A stretch of DNA of 64,000 nucleotides. Source: an uncultured Candidatus Saccharibacteria bacterium (lineage in GTDB: Bacteria > Patescibacteriota > WWE3 > 2-01-FULL-39-13). Positions 45,314-56,080 of this stretch are shown one piece after another. The notes beneath the pieces are model-generated. The model made no database searches, had not been told where the DNA came from, and was given only the letters and a program-made list of their open reading frames with translations. The stretch's first letter is position 1. Each line of letters begins with the position of its first letter. Both the position numbers and the translations under genes were made by a program. Where the stretch lies: the NCBI GenBank assembly GCA_964370865.1, contig CAYJKF010000001.1, positions 111,766 through 175,765 on the forward strand. The letters are read 5' to 3'.

Positions 45314-47563
45314 TTAGTACCTAGATCTCCCGCCCCCACGTGAAAATCCTCCACGACCGCCATTATCTCTTCGGCTTCCACCAAATCTGTTTCCGCCACC
45401 TCGATCAAAGCTTGGTCTAGGTTCTGGTTCAACATATCCTTCTGGTTTTTCTAATAAAGCCTTTCGTGATAGTGAAATTTTTCCATTATCTAGTGACTTA
45501 ACTTTTGTGGTTATTTTGTCACCTAGATTTACGTATTCACTAATATCATTGATAAAATCATAAGAATATTCAGAAACATGAAGTAAACCTTCTTGTTTTG
45601 GAGCGAGTTCAATAAACGCACCATAAGGTTCAATTCTTGTAACAACACCTTCATATGTTTCACCGACTTCTATTTCGATAGTCATTCGCTCAACCATATC
45701 TACGGCTGCTGCTAATTTTTCTGGATCGTTAGACATTATTGAAACGACTCCACCTTCGGGAACTTCATCGACATCTACCTGTGCTCCAGTTGCTTCCATG
45801 ATTCCTCGAATAGTTGCTCCACCACTTCCAATAATCATACCTATTTGATCTTTTTCAATCATAATTGTAACGATTCTTGGTACGGTCTTACCCAACTCTG
45901 CCCTTGGTGTAGAGATAACAGATTCCATAACATCCAAGACCTGCATTCTAGCGGTTCTGGATACTTCGAATAATTTATCGAATATACCAAGAGGCAAACC
46001 TTGGAGTTTTAATTCTAATTGAATTGCAGTCATACCTTCTCTTGTTCCTGTTAATTTGAAATCCATATAACCTGCAAAATCCTCAATACCCATAATGTCA
46101 GTCAGCAATTTGTAATCTTCTAGGGATAAATTTTCTTTATCCTTATCAACAAAAAGACCAACGCCAATACCTGCTACATGTGATTTAATTGGTACGCCTG
46201 CATCCATTAATGCTAATGAAGATCCGCATGTTGATGCCATTGAGGTAGAACCATTTGAGGATAGTATTTCTGAGACAACCCTAATAGTATAAGGAAAATC
46301 CTTTTCGTCTGGCAGAACGGCTATGAGAGCCTTCTCAGCCAACATTCCATGTCCAATCTCTCGTCTGTTTGTATTACCTACTCTTCCTACTTCACCTGTC
46401 GAGTACGGAGGAAAATTATAATGATGCATGTAACCTTTTTTAGATTCGCCATACATACTTTGTGTGTAGTGTTTTTCACTTGCAGAACTTAACGTAACAA
46501 TGGATAATGCTTGAGTTAATCCTCTGCTGAATAATCCTGATCCATGAACCTGAGGTAATACAGCAACCTCTGCTGAAAGCTCTCGGATTTGATTATCAGG
46601 TCGTCCATCAATTCGGCTATTTTTAACCATCACTACATTTCTGACCCAATCTTTTTGAACTTCGTTAATTATTATTCCGATTTGTTTTTCGGAAAATTTA
46701 TCTTCGTATTTTGGTCCAACTTCTTTTGCAATTCCATTTAAAGTTCTGTTCCATTCTCTATCTTTATAAGTTAATCCATTTGCCAACATTTCATCAATCT
46801 TTGCAAACGTAACTTCTTTAAATTCAGCTATGGCGTCTTTACTCAACCAATTCTTTTCGTACTTTCTTATTGGAACATTTAGTTTGGAAATAAATTCATT
46901 AACTAAATCGAAAAGTGGTTTAACTTCTTCTCCTCCTTGTTTGATAGCGGCAACAACTTCTGCTTCTGGAATTATATGGGCATGAGCTTCTAGGGCTTGG
47001 ACTTTGCTTCCATTCTCTAAGTAAGAAACTACTAAATCCATTGCTGATTCTGGATGACCTTCTGATAAATCATATCTTGTTTCACCATTAACCTTAGAAA
47101 TTCGAAGTGGCAAAATAGGTCCTTTAAAAGGAATCCCACTTATCCCAAGTGCTGAAGTAACTCCCAAAAATCCTGCAAATAATGGATCATTAACACCATC
47201 TATCGAAAGAACTGTAATAACTATTTGAGTATCATCTGCATAATCTTTTGGAAATAACGGCCTAATTGCATGATCAATTAAACGTCCGTTTACAATTGCT
47301 CCATCATTTGGTCGACCTTCTCTTCTTGTATATCTTGAACCACCAAGTTTTCCCCCGGCATAAAATCTTTCTTCGTAATCAATCTTTAAAGGTAATCCAT
47401 CAGTTATTTCTACTGTTGGTTGTGAAACAACAGTTACCAAGACAGTTGTTTCACCGACAGTCGTTAAGACTGCAGCATCTGCCTGCTCAGCTAATTTACC
47501 AATTTCCAACTTAATACTTTGACCCTTAAAAGAGCCTTCCTGCTTTATTATTTTTTTATTCAT
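45314..47563 (-). CDS. pnp: Polyribonucleotide nucleotidyltransferase
   Basis: Two RNase PH domains, 'HYNFPPYS', 'RREIGHG', 'SNGSTSMAS', KH and S1 domains, RGG tail. Confidence 0.98.
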   Translation of the reverse strand: MNKKIIKQEGSFKGQSIKLEIGKLAEQADAAVLTTVGETTVLVTVVSQPTVEITDGLPLKIDYEERFYAGGKLGGSRYTRREGRPNDGAIVNGRLIDHAIRPLFPKDYADDTQIVITVLSIDGVNDPLFAGFLGVTSALGISGIPFKGPILPLRISKVNGETRYDLSEGHPESAMDLVVSYLENGSKVQALEAHAHIIPEAEVVAAIKQGGEEVKPLFDLVNEFISKLNVPIRKYEKNWLSKDAIAEFKEVTFAKIDEMLANGLTYKDREWNRTLNGIAKEVGPKYEDKFSEKQIGIIINEVQKDWVRNVVMVKNSRIDGRPDNQIRELSAEVAVLPQVHGSGLFSRGLTQALSIVTLSSASEKHYTQSMYGESKKGYMHHYNFPPYSTGEVGRVGNTNRREIGHGMLAEKALIAVLPDEKDFPYTIRVVSEILSSNGSTSMASTCGSSLALMDAGVPIKSHVAGIGVGLFVDKDKENLSLEDYKLLTDIMGIEDFAGYMDFKLTGTREGMTAIQLELKLQGLPLGIFDKLFEVSRTARMQVLDVMESVISTPRAELGKTVPRIVTIMIEKDQIGMIIGSGGATIRGIMEATGAQVDVDEVPEGGVVSIMSNDPEKLAAAVDMVERMTIEIEVGETYEGVVTRIEPYGAFIELAPKQEGLLHVSEYSYDFINDISEYVNLGDKITTKVKSLDNGKISLSRKALLEKPEGYVEPEPRPSFDRGGGNRFGGSRRDNGGRGGFSRGGGRSRY

Positions 47564-47574
47564 TTATTTTTTTT

Positions 47575-47650
47575 GAGATTATGGATGGAAGATTCGTAAT
47601 CGAGTATCTAACGAAAATTTTAATCAGATATCCAACTACGAAATAATCCC
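47575..47650 (-). promoter_or_regulatory. Long imperfect hairpin in the rpsO-pnp intergenic region (candidate RNase III site)
   Basis: TTCGTAGTTGG-A-TATCTGAT pairs with GTTAGATA-C-TCGATTACGAA; outer stem GGGATTAT/ATAATCTC. Confidence 0.55.
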
Positions 47651-47658
47651 CTGTCCCG

Positions 47659-47928
47659 TTATCCCTTAATCTTCAACTTTTCAACTAAACTAGTATAAAC
47701 TGTATATTGTTTTGTCTTTAGGTAATTCAATAATTTTCTCCTTTTGCTGACTAATTGCAAGAGTCCTCTTCTTGAATGGAAGTCCTTTTTGTGTACCTTT
47801 AAATGGTCTGATAATGAGTTAATCCTCTCTGTTAATAAGGCGATTTGAACATCGCAAGAACCAGTATCGTTTCCGCCTCTTTGAAATTTCTTTATTACTT
47901 TTGTTTTTGTATCTTTTTTGAGCGCCAT
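47659..47928 (-). CDS. rpsO: 30S ribosomal protein S15
   Basis: '[14 protein letters not shown]', '[12 protein letters not shown]'. Confidence 0.98.
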   Translation of the reverse strand: MALKKDTKTKVIKKFQRGGNDTGSCDVQIALLTERINSLSDHLKVHKKDFHSRRGLLQLVSKRRKLLNYLKTKQYTVYTSLVEKLKIKG

Positions 47929-47974
47929 AATTACTGCTATATATTAACAGAACGAATTTATATTATCAAACTGG

Positions 47975-48694
47975 TTATTCCTTAAGTTTAGAGCTTTCAG
48001 ATGCCGATTGCTCTACGCTGACATCATCTCCCATCTCTGAGATAAAATGCTTTTGTAATCCATATAATAGCACGGTGGAGATTTGTGCACTTGGCGTATA
48101 TTTCCAATCTGCAAACTTTCTCAGTACGAGGCTTATGATTGAATCGGACTCGCTATATACATAATTAATACTTCCATATTTTTTGTTATTTTCATTCACA
48201 TCTAGATTGATAATTTCAGCAGAATCAAAGTCCGCTTTGTTTTTTTGATAGAAATCCCCTAATCCTTGTAAATCAGCAATACCGAGGGTGAAGATTAAAT
48301 CTACGTCTTCCCCTACTTCTTCCATTATAATTTTGGCTTTATCGAAATTTCTATTAATCTCTTTAAGTTCTAGAACTAGCTTTGTGTCATCGACTTTTTC
48401 CCATCCGACTGCACTTATTCCAGAATCAGAATAGTCAATTGTAATTTTAAGGCTTTTTGTTGCAAAAGAATCTTTTATTTCGACAATATCAAAAAAACTA
48501 GATTCGATTTCGGAAATATCTCCTGTGTAAACCAAACTAGCCTTTTTTGAAAATTTCTCAGACATAAAGAGTGCCATAGCAACTCCTGCATTAAAGGACT
48601 GTTTATCAGATGATGTACAAATCGCGATGTTTTTTGCTTCGGTTATTAGTTTTGATATTGTATCTAAACTGTTATTTTTCATAATATCTTCCAT
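47975..48694 (-). CDS. Degenerate DHH-phosphoesterase-like protein (no DHH motif)
   Basis: 'VDLIFTLG', 'IINLDVNENNKKYGSINY', 'STVLLYGL'; NrnA-like position after infB. Confidence 0.6.
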   Translation of the reverse strand: MEDIMKNNSLDTISKLITEAKNIAICTSSDKQSFNAGVAMALFMSEKFSKKASLVYTGDISEIESSFFDIVEIKDSFATKSLKITIDYSDSGISAVGWEKVDDTKLVLELKEINRNFDKAKIIMEEVGEDVDLIFTLGIADLQGLGDFYQKNKADFDSAEIINLDVNENNKKYGSINYVYSESDSIISLVLRKFADWKYTPSAQISTVLLYGLQKHFISEMGDDVSVEQSASESSKLKE

Positions 48695-48788
48695 ATCTTC
48701 TGTCGGCAGTAATTAAATTTATATCGGCAGGAAATGTGAAATCCGATAAATGTATCAAAGATAGGCGGGGATGTCAAGGAGGGGACAC

Positions 48789-48812
48789 AAAAGAGCCTAT
48801 GAATGGGCTCTT
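48789..48812 (-). terminator. Intrinsic terminator downstream of nusA-infB
   Basis: Minus strand reads AAGAGCCCAT-TC-ATAGGCTCTTTT. Confidence 0.6.
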
Positions 48813-48845
48813 CGATATGGATATATTTTATGTTAGGCTTATTGT

Positions 48846-48968
48846 ATGGAAAGACAGCACCAACTAATTTTTCTGTTGATATTAGCAGCTTTGTCGATTT
48901 CGCTTCTTCTTTTTATCCAAACTACGCAAGAAGCCGTGGATGTCGCTCCAGAATTAATGGCTAAGTAA
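48846..48968 (+). CDS. Putative 40-aa single-TM small protein (below the ORF-track cutoff)
   Basis: MERQHQLIFLLILAALSISLLLFIQTTQEAVDVAPELMAK*; TGTTAGGCT -10-like element just upstream. Confidence 0.4.
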   Translation: MERQHQLIFLLILAALSISLLLFIQTTQEAVDVAPELMAK

Positions 48969-48996
48969 ACGCAATCTTAATAAATAAGAATTAGTT

Positions 48997-50481
48997 CTAA
49001 AGAATTTTCACAGTATCCTCGAGTTGTATGTCTGGAATCTCTGGTTTAAATAGTAATCCGCATTCATCACCTTTACCTGCGGTCTCTTTTTCACCTTTGC
49101 CAATATGAATACTTCTAATTCTAGCTACGTACAATGGAGTATCCATATCTTCCCTGAAGATTCCAACTCTGTTATTTACTTTAAATCTACCTGCTTCTAC
49201 AAGAGTTCCCGCAACAACCATTCCGGATTTTGGTAAGACAAATTTATCAATCACAATACCTTTACCTTTTATTTTCGATTCTTCAATTTCTAAAACGCCT
49301 TCTAGCGCTCCCTCAATCTCTTCGATTAATTTATATATAATCTCATGCTCACGAATAATAACTTTATTGGATTCTGCAATCTTAGCGATACTTCCAGGAG
49401 CGGAAACTTTGAAAGCAATTATTATTGCTTTTGCTGTAGACGCTAATAATACATCTGATTCTTTTACATCTCCAGTTCCAGCAAGTATGACTTCTGGTCT
49501 CGCATCATCTACGATGACTTTCAATAGTGATTGCTCAATTGCTTCTTGAGTACCTACTGTATCAGCTCGAATTATTAGGTTTAGCTTTTTATCTTTATTG
49601 GTATCGACTTGCTGTACTGTTTCCGATGACGTGCCAGATACTTCTTCTTGCTCGGGGGATTCTCCTTTACGATAAATAATATCTCCAACGTGGGGAACAT
49701 CTGAAATTCCCATTAATTCTCCGGCTTCTCCAGTTAAGATTTCTTTAATTGATTTTTGATTCCAAGAAGACATTGATTTTACCTTGCCTACAATCCCCGA
49801 AACGACAATTTCATCGCCTAATTTGAGAATTCCCTTTTTTACAATAACACTTACTAAAACACCTCTTCGATTATCTCTTTTTGATTCTATGATAATTGCT
49901 TCTAACCGGTCAGAAACATCTGTCTTGTACTTATCCGCTTCCATTTCGGCAGTGAGGTTTATGACCTCCAATAACTGATCGAGATTTGTTTTCTGTGTTG
50001 CCGATACGTCCACCGCTACGATATCTCCTCCAAAGCCTTCTACCATAATGCCGTTTTCACCTAATTGTTTCTTAACCCTCATGGGATCGGCAGTAGGTAA
50101 ATCAATTTTGTTTATAGCAACTATAATTGGCACATTAGCAGCCTTCGCGTGCATAATCGCCTCTTTTGTTTGTGGTTTAACTCCATCATTGGCCGCAACA
50201 ACTAAAATTACAATATCTGCGGCGGCACCACCTCGAGATCTCATTTGAGTGAAAGCTTCATGTCCTGGGGTGTCTATAAAGGTTATTTTCTTTCCGTTGG
50301 TTTCTATTGTGTAGGCTCCAATATGCTGAGTAATTCCTCCTGATTCGCCTTTAACAACATTAGAATTTCTTATAGCATCGAGAATCGATGTTTTACCGTG
50401 ATCGACGTGACCCATTATAGTTACTACCGGTGGCCGATATGTATTCGATTTAGTTGCGACAGTCTTTTTCGCCTTTGGCAT
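48997..50481 (-). CDS. infB: Translation initiation factor IF-2 (short, no N-terminal extension)
   Basis: 'RPPVVTIMGHVDHGKTS', 'GGITQHIGAY', 'DTPGHEAF'. Confidence 0.97.
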   Translation of the reverse strand: MPKAKKTVATKSNTYRPPVVTIMGHVDHGKTSILDAIRNSNVVKGESGGITQHIGAYTIETNGKKITFIDTPGHEAFTQMRSRGGAAADIVILVVAANDGVKPQTKEAIMHAKAANVPIIVAINKIDLPTADPMRVKKQLGENGIMVEGFGGDIVAVDVSATQKTNLDQLLEVINLTAEMEADKYKTDVSDRLEAIIIESKRDNRRGVLVSVIVKKGILKLGDEIVVSGIVGKVKSMSSWNQKSIKEILTGEAGELMGISDVPHVGDIIYRKGESPEQEEVSGTSSETVQQVDTNKDKKLNLIIRADTVGTQEAIEQSLLKVIVDDARPEVILAGTGDVKESDVLLASTAKAIIIAFKVSAPGSIAKIAESNKVIIREHEIIYKLIEEIEGALEGVLEIEESKIKGKGIVIDKFVLPKSGMVVAGTLVEAGRFKVNNRVGIFREDMDTPLYVARIRSIHIGKGEKETAGKGDECGLLFKPEIPDIQLEDTVKIL

Positions 50482-50523
50482 TTATCCCCCTCCTATACTA
50501 AGTACACTCAACGATGTTGCGAT

Positions 50524-51552
50524 TTATGCTGTTTCTTCTGGGCTTTCGCTTTGTTTAGCTTCTTCTGCTGGCCCTGAGTCTGGTTTATCTTCTGCTTTTT
50601 GAGGAGCTTCACCGTCTATATTTATTTTCCAACCAGTTAATTTTGCGGCTAACCTTACATTTTGTCCGTTATTTCCAATTGCTAATGACAATTGATCTTC
50701 AGATACTTTTACTTTGGCTGATTTAGTTTCTTCATCCACAATAACGTCAATTACGTGTGCCGGTTGAAGAGATGTTGCAATAAATTTATCGATGCTTCGA
50801 CTATGATTTACGATATCTATTTTTTCTCCATTTAATTCGTCTGTTACTGCCTGGACTCTAACTCCACGTTGTCCAATACATGCTCCAGATGGATCAACTT
50901 TGTCGTCAGAAGAAGAAACGGCAATCTTTGTTCGTTCGCCAGCTTCTCTTGCGATGCTTTCAATTTTTACAATTCCAGACATCATCTCAGGCACTTCTTG
51001 TCTGAATAATTCTTCTATAAACTTTGGATCGGATCTTGAAAGAATAATGTTTGACGCTCCTGTTATATCATTCTTTTTAACCTCTTTTATCAAGACTTTC
51101 ATTTTTAAATTCATTGAATATCTCTCGGATGGTATTTGTTCTGACACAGGAAGGATTCCTTGGGTTTTTCCAATATCCATAATTGCAGTCTCTTTATCTA
51201 ATCTGAAAATATAACCCATTACAATTGTATCGATTAATTTCTTATATTCGGCAGCTATTGATTCTTTTTCAGCCTCCCTTATTTTTTGTAAGATAACCTG
51301 TTTTGCGGTTTGTGAAGCAATACGGCCAAAACCAGGGGGAGTTACATCTTTTCCATCAAGAAGGATTTTAATTTCTCCACTCTCATCATCAATGCTGGCA
51401 ACTAGTTTTTCAGCTTCCTGTTCGGAAACCTCTACATCTTTTTGATATGCCGCCACTAAAGCCTCTCTCAAGGTTTCTAAAACGTCATCTACTGATATGT
51501 TCCTTTCACTTGCAACCTGATTGATTGCTGCTGTAAATTCTGATATTGCCAT
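50524..51552 (-). CDS. nusA: Transcription termination factor NusA
   Basis: 'FGRIASQTAKQVI', 'AREAGERTKIAV', 'QLSLAIG..GQNVRLAAKLTGW'; start set at MAISEF. Confidence 0.97.
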   Translation of the reverse strand: MAISEFTAAINQVASERNISVDDVLETLREALVAAYQKDVEVSEQEAEKLVASIDDESGEIKILLDGKDVTPPGFGRIASQTAKQVILQKIREAEKESIAAEYKKLIDTIVMGYIFRLDKETAIMDIGKTQGILPVSEQIPSERYSMNLKMKVLIKEVKKNDITGASNIILSRSDPKFIEELFRQEVPEMMSGIVKIESIAREAGERTKIAVSSSDDKVDPSGACIGQRGVRVQAVTDELNGEKIDIVNHSRSIDKFIATSLQPAHVIDVIVDEETKSAKVKVSEDQLSLAIGNNGQNVRLAAKLTGWKINIDGEAPQKAEDKPDSGPAEEAKQSESPEETA

Positions 51553-51687
51553 GTTTTTTTCAACTAATATTAATAAAAAAGGTGAGCCAAAACCCACCCA
51601 TTACACAAATTTCTAACGCTTATAAGTTACCAGAAATCAACATCTTTTGCAAAGGACAAATAAAGAAGTAAAATACCTAGTAGAAAC

Positions 51688-52242
51688 ATGAACCCTCTTA
51701 AACTCTTTCAAAAACTTAAGAATAACGAAGAAAACTTAATTTACGACCTAGAAAAGGACTTTCAAAGCAATAATTTTAGGTTAGCGCTTAAACTATATTC
51801 GGAAATCGGTAGCTCGGTACTATTATTAGTACTAATTGGTGTTATCGGCATATTATACGGATTTCAGGTATTTGTCCTAATTTTATTGGTCTATCTATTT
51901 CAGCTTGTTCTAATTGAAGTTATAAAATATGTTTTTAATCGTGGAAGGCCAAAAACCTATAAAAACGATTCGATTTTAGGTTTTCGAATGACTAGTGGTT
52001 CATTTCCATCAGGGCATACATCCAATGCATTTGCGATGGCCTTTTTGCTTGCAAATGTATTCAAAACCGATATTTACACGACAACAATGTTTTTTATAAT
52101 AGCCGGCGTAGTTGGGATTACTCGAATATTTTTAGGGAAACATTTTTTAGTCGATGTTGTCGGAGGCGCAATCCTTGGACTAGTTTTTGCAACTGTGGGA
52201 CTAGCCCTTTACGTAGCCGGGTATGGAATACTCTTCCAATAA
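51688..52242 (+). CDS. PAP2-family lipid phosphatase
   Basis: 'IKY.FNRGRP', 'SFPSGH', 'TRIFLGKHF.VDV'. Confidence 0.92.
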   Translation: MNPLKLFQKLKNNEENLIYDLEKDFQSNNFRLALKLYSEIGSSVLLLVLIGVIGILYGFQVFVLILLVYLFQLVLIEVIKYVFNRGRPKTYKNDSILGFRMTSGSFPSGHTSNAFAMAFLLANVFKTDIYTTTMFFIIAGVVGITRIFLGKHFLVDVVGGAILGLVFATVGLALYVAGYGILFQ

Positions 52243-52246
52243 ATAA

Positions 52247-53065
52247 ATGTTAATTGATACACACATCCATCTCTCTGATGAAAAATACACTGATGTAGAA
52301 GGAATTCTAAAGTCGGCAAACCAAAACTTGGTAAAAAATATAATTACTATTGGATGTACCGTACAGGAAATTAATAAAAATAAACAACTTGTTGAACAAT
52401 TTGACAATGTTTATTCATCGGTTGGGGCTTATCCGCTGGATAATGTTCGAGAAAATATGAATTTAGGAATAAACGAATTAATAGAGAACATTCACAAATC
52501 ATCTAAAGAAGAGCATGTCGTGGCAATCGGGGAATGCGGTTTAGACTTTAGTGAAAGTCTTCCTCCTTGGGAAGTTATGCGAACACAGAAAGAACAAGAA
52601 AAATTATTTTGTTCACAAATAGAAATCGCGAGAAATATGAATGTTCCCGTGATTGTTCATTCGAGAAATGCCGCTGACTTAACACTAGAAATTCTAACTT
52701 CAGAAATAAAGACTAAGGAATTTAAATTTGTATGGCATTGTTTTACTGAAAACTTCGAAGTCGCGAAAAAAGCCCTCGGCCTCGGAGGGTTAATTTCTTT
52801 TACTGGAATAATAACTTATAAAACAGGAAGTCCACTTGCGGACGTTATCCAGCACTTTCCACTTGAAAAAATGATGCTAGAAACTGATGGCCCCTATTTA
52901 GTACCAGAGCCGGTTCGATCAAGTGGCATAAAAATAAATCGGCCTGAATATGTTAAAATTATTGCCGAGAAAATAAGCGAAATCAAAGGGATTTCTTATG
53001 AACAGGTGGCCGCTCAAACCACGCTAAATGCCACTCAATTTTTTAGTCTAAAACCAAATGATTGA
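52247..53065 (+). CDS. tatD: TatD-family nuclease
   Basis: 'IDTHIHL', 'AIGECGLD', 'VHSR', 'HCF', 'LETDGPYL'. Confidence 0.93.
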   Translation: MLIDTHIHLSDEKYTDVEGILKSANQNLVKNIITIGCTVQEINKNKQLVEQFDNVYSSVGAYPLDNVRENMNLGINELIENIHKSSKEEHVVAIGECGLDFSESLPPWEVMRTQKEQEKLFCSQIEIARNMNVPVIVHSRNAADLTLEILTSEIKTKEFKFVWHCFTENFEVAKKALGLGGLISFTGIITYKTGSPLADVIQHFPLEKMMLETDGPYLVPEPVRSSGIKINRPEYVKIIAEKISEIKGISYEQVAAQTTLNATQFFSLKPND

Positions 53066-54590
53066 TCCTAAAAAGAAACTAGATAGATTTTTAATGTTCA
53101 TACCAGGATTTTCCAGTTGGGTAATGATTTTTATGCCAATTTGGCTTGGGCTAACATCTCCAAGAAGCGCTGCTTTTGTTTTAACTTTTCTTGCTGTGTA
53201 TTGGGTTTATCTTTCTGTCATTCATGTATTCAATTTATTTAAGGGATATTACCGCTATGAAAGAGAAGTAAAGATTGATTGGCTACAGAGGATTAAAGCT
53301 CTTGATTATAAAAATCTACCTGGAAAAGAAACTCTACCTGACTCATTTGAGAAAACTAAACACTTCATATTAATTCCAACAGTAAAGGAAGGATACTCAA
53401 TTCTGAAAGATACATTTGAAGCATTGATAAACAGTAACTATCCAAAAGAAAATATGATAATTATTGTTGGAACCGAAGAAATCGGAAAAGAAATAGTTGA
53501 AAATGCTTTAGCTCAAGTTAAAGAAACGTTTGGAAACAAACTTCCAAGGATTATGCATTTCATTCATCCACGTGGTTTGCCTGGGGAAATCGTTGGTGTT
53601 GCTTCACCTAATAGAAAATGGGCAACGGTAAAAGGGATTGAGACATTATTAGCAGAAGGTGAAGATATTAAGAATTATATTTTTACAACTTTTGATTCTG
53701 ACTGGAAATTACATAAAGAATTTATTCCAAGATTAACTTACGAATATTTAACCGATGAAAAAAGATTTAATAGATTTTATGAAACCGTCGTCCATCTATT
53801 TAGCAACAACTTGCTAGAGGTTCCTTTAATCTCGCGGATAGAATCACACAATATAACACTTGGGATGCTCGCAAACTGGACGTTATCTCCACAGTATAAA
53901 GAGTCGTTCTCCTGTTACTCTGCTGCGTTACAAACAGTAATTGATGCTAATTATTGGGATACAACAATGATTGATGATACGGTTTTTTATTGGAGAGCAT
54001 TATTAGCAAGAGAGGGAGATTTTACTGCAAAGCATTTTTATATTCCAATCTATGGCGATGCAACCGATGGCGATACTTATCTAAAGGCCCATAAAAATCT
54101 TTATAAACAATTGGAGAGATGGGGTTGGGGAAGTATTACTACAGTAATTGGTTTAAAAACCGTTCTAACTATTTTAAGAAAGAAAACCTCCTTCGAAGAT
54201 AAAGTCTTATGGGTGTGGTCAAAAATGGAACGACATTTATTTTTGCGAACAAGCGTTTTCTTATTAACATTTGGGTTTTCAATTATTACCTTAGTTAATA
54301 TAACTTTCAAAAGCACGACTACCGTTTATGCACTTCCTCAAACGTTAAGCGTCTTACTTACAACTGGATTGCTAATGTTAATACCAATTGGATATATAAA
54401 ATATAAGCTCTACCAAGATTTAATTCATAAAGACTGGCCACTTTGGCGAAAGGCAATTATTTTTTTGGAAGGACCCTTGATAATGATTAACTTATTAACC
54501 TTTTCATTTATCCCTTGGTTAATAGCAGAAACACAAATGATGTTTGGAAAACTACCAAAAGTGACTTTTTATACTCCCAAAACAAGATAG
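53058..54590 (+). CDS. Membrane GT2-family glycosyltransferase
   Basis: 'ILIPT.KE', 'TTFDSD', 'QLERWGWG' (QxxRW), flanking TM segments. Confidence 0.85.
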   Translation: MIDPKKKLDRFLMFIPGFSSWVMIFMPIWLGLTSPRSAAFVLTFLAVYWVYLSVIHVFNLFKGYYRYEREVKIDWLQRIKALDYKNLPGKETLPDSFEKTKHFILIPTVKEGYSILKDTFEALINSNYPKENMIIIVGTEEIGKEIVENALAQVKETFGNKLPRIMHFIHPRGLPGEIVGVASPNRKWATVKGIETLLAEGEDIKNYIFTTFDSDWKLHKEFIPRLTYEYLTDEKRFNRFYETVVHLFSNNLLEVPLISRIESHNITLGMLANWTLSPQYKESFSCYSAALQTVIDANYWDTTMIDDTVFYWRALLAREGDFTAKHFYIPIYGDATDGDTYLKAHKNLYKQLERWGWGSITTVIGLKTVLTILRKKTSFEDKVLWVWSKMERHLFLRTSVFLLTFGFSIITLVNITFKSTTTVYALPQTLSVLLTTGLLMLIPIGYIKYKLYQDLIHKDWPLWRKAIIFLEGPLIMINLLTFSFIPWLIAETQMMFGKLPKVTFYTPKTR

Positions 54591-54607
54591 TTATATACTA
54601 GGTAAAT

Positions 54608-56080
54608 ATGAAGCCTCGAATTAAGAAGCTAGGAACAATTAGAGACTTATTCAATGAAAACCTCCCGTATATGATAATGGTTTTGATTCTATTACTTTCA
54701 TTAGCTGGGTTTATTCAACAGAACTTTCGAAATCTTCCACTTCAGATCCCGCTTTTTTACGCATTAGGATGGGGAACTCAACAGCTTGGACCTCGTAATT
54801 ATCTTTGGATTTTTTATGGAATTCTTGTATTTATTGGCATAATCAATTCGGTAATGGCAATGATTGAAACTAGAAAAGGTAATTATCAAATCTCAAAACT
54901 TTATCATTATTTTTCTTATTTCATCATCGTAACGGGGTCAATTTTCATCAATAATACGATTTCTGCGGTTACTCTTTTTGATATGGAAGTCCCTATGATT
55001 ATTAGAATCATAGTATTACCAATGGTAGCGGCGGCCATAACCGTTTTATTCGTCACGCCGATAGTAATAAAACTTGCTAGACGAAATGGCTTTATGGATG
55101 ACCCACTCGCGCATAAACATCCCGGAATGCTAATAAAAAAACCAACTCCAAGAGCAGGAGGACTCGCTTATTATCTTGGCATTATAATTCCAGGACTAAT
55201 TATTCTACCTATACTTAGCAGTCAAAAACTTATAGGAATATTAATTGGGGCAGCCGTATGTGTTCTAGTTGGTTTAAAGGATGATAAAAAAGATATTCAT
55301 CCAATTACCAGACTAATCGTGCAAATCTTAACTGTCAGCATACCGGTTTTATCAGGAATAATTCTTTTATATATACCCAACCCTTTCGGTGACGCCGTCG
55401 TATTAGACCAATACAGAATTACTTTTAATTATTTAGGCGAACATAGTGTTTATTATTATTCAGTCCTTGTCGCAATGCTTTGGATGGGCGTCACCATGAA
55501 TTTTATGTCTTTTGCGAATGGATCAGATGGAGCATACGCAGGATTAGTCTTCGTTGCTTCTTTTGTAATTGCGATAGTTATGTTTCAAACACTCGATGTT
55601 GATCCGGAGCAAGCTATGTTTATAAAATTGGCGGCGTTGTCGGCTGGCGCCGCAATTGGAATGGCGTATTTTACATGGCCACCTCAAAAAATATTGTGGG
55701 GATTTGGTGCAACGTCCGCAGGTTTAATAATTGCGGCGCTGTCTATTATCGGTAGTACAAAAGTTGCGGTAATGTTATTGGTATTATTGATTCCATTTTT
55801 TGACGGATTAGTTGCGGTCGTTAGAAGAATTCGAAGGGGGCAACTTCCATTTTGGGGAGATCGTGAGCATCTTCATCATAAACTTTTATTTAGACTTGGA
55901 TGGAATAAATCTAAAGTAGCTACTTTTTACTGGGCATCATCAATAATGTTAGGGGTAGTTGGTATTTTAACTTCTGGAAGAATCAGAGCATTATGGGCAT
56001 TAACAATGGTTGGAATATTCTTTTTAGGAATCGCCGCACTAAACTTTATTGGAAGAGACAAAGAACCTGCTGTTAAATAA
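54608..56080 (+). CDS. WecA/TagO (MraY-family) polyprenyl-phosphate sugar-1-phosphate transferase with N-terminal TM extension
   Basis: 'MDDP', 'PTPRAGGLA', 'GLKDD', 'NFMSFANGSDG', 'GDREHLHHKL'. Confidence 0.88.
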   Translation: MKPRIKKLGTIRDLFNENLPYMIMVLILLLSLAGFIQQNFRNLPLQIPLFYALGWGTQQLGPRNYLWIFYGILVFIGIINSVMAMIETRKGNYQISKLYHYFSYFIIVTGSIFINNTISAVTLFDMEVPMIIRIIVLPMVAAAITVLFVTPIVIKLARRNGFMDDPLAHKHPGMLIKKPTPRAGGLAYYLGIIIPGLIILPILSSQKLIGILIGAAVCVLVGLKDDKKDIHPITRLIVQILTVSIPVLSGIILLYIPNPFGDAVVLDQYRITFNYLGEHSVYYYSVLVAMLWMGVTMNFMSFANGSDGAYAGLVFVASFVIAIVMFQTLDVDPEQAMFIKLAALSAGAAIGMAYFTWPPQKILWGFGATSAGLIIAALSIIGSTKVAVMLLVLLIPFFDGLVAVVRRIRRGQLPFWGDREHLHHKLLFRLGWNKSKVATFYWASSIMLGVVGILTSGRIRALWALTMVGIFFLGIAALNFIGRDKEPAVK

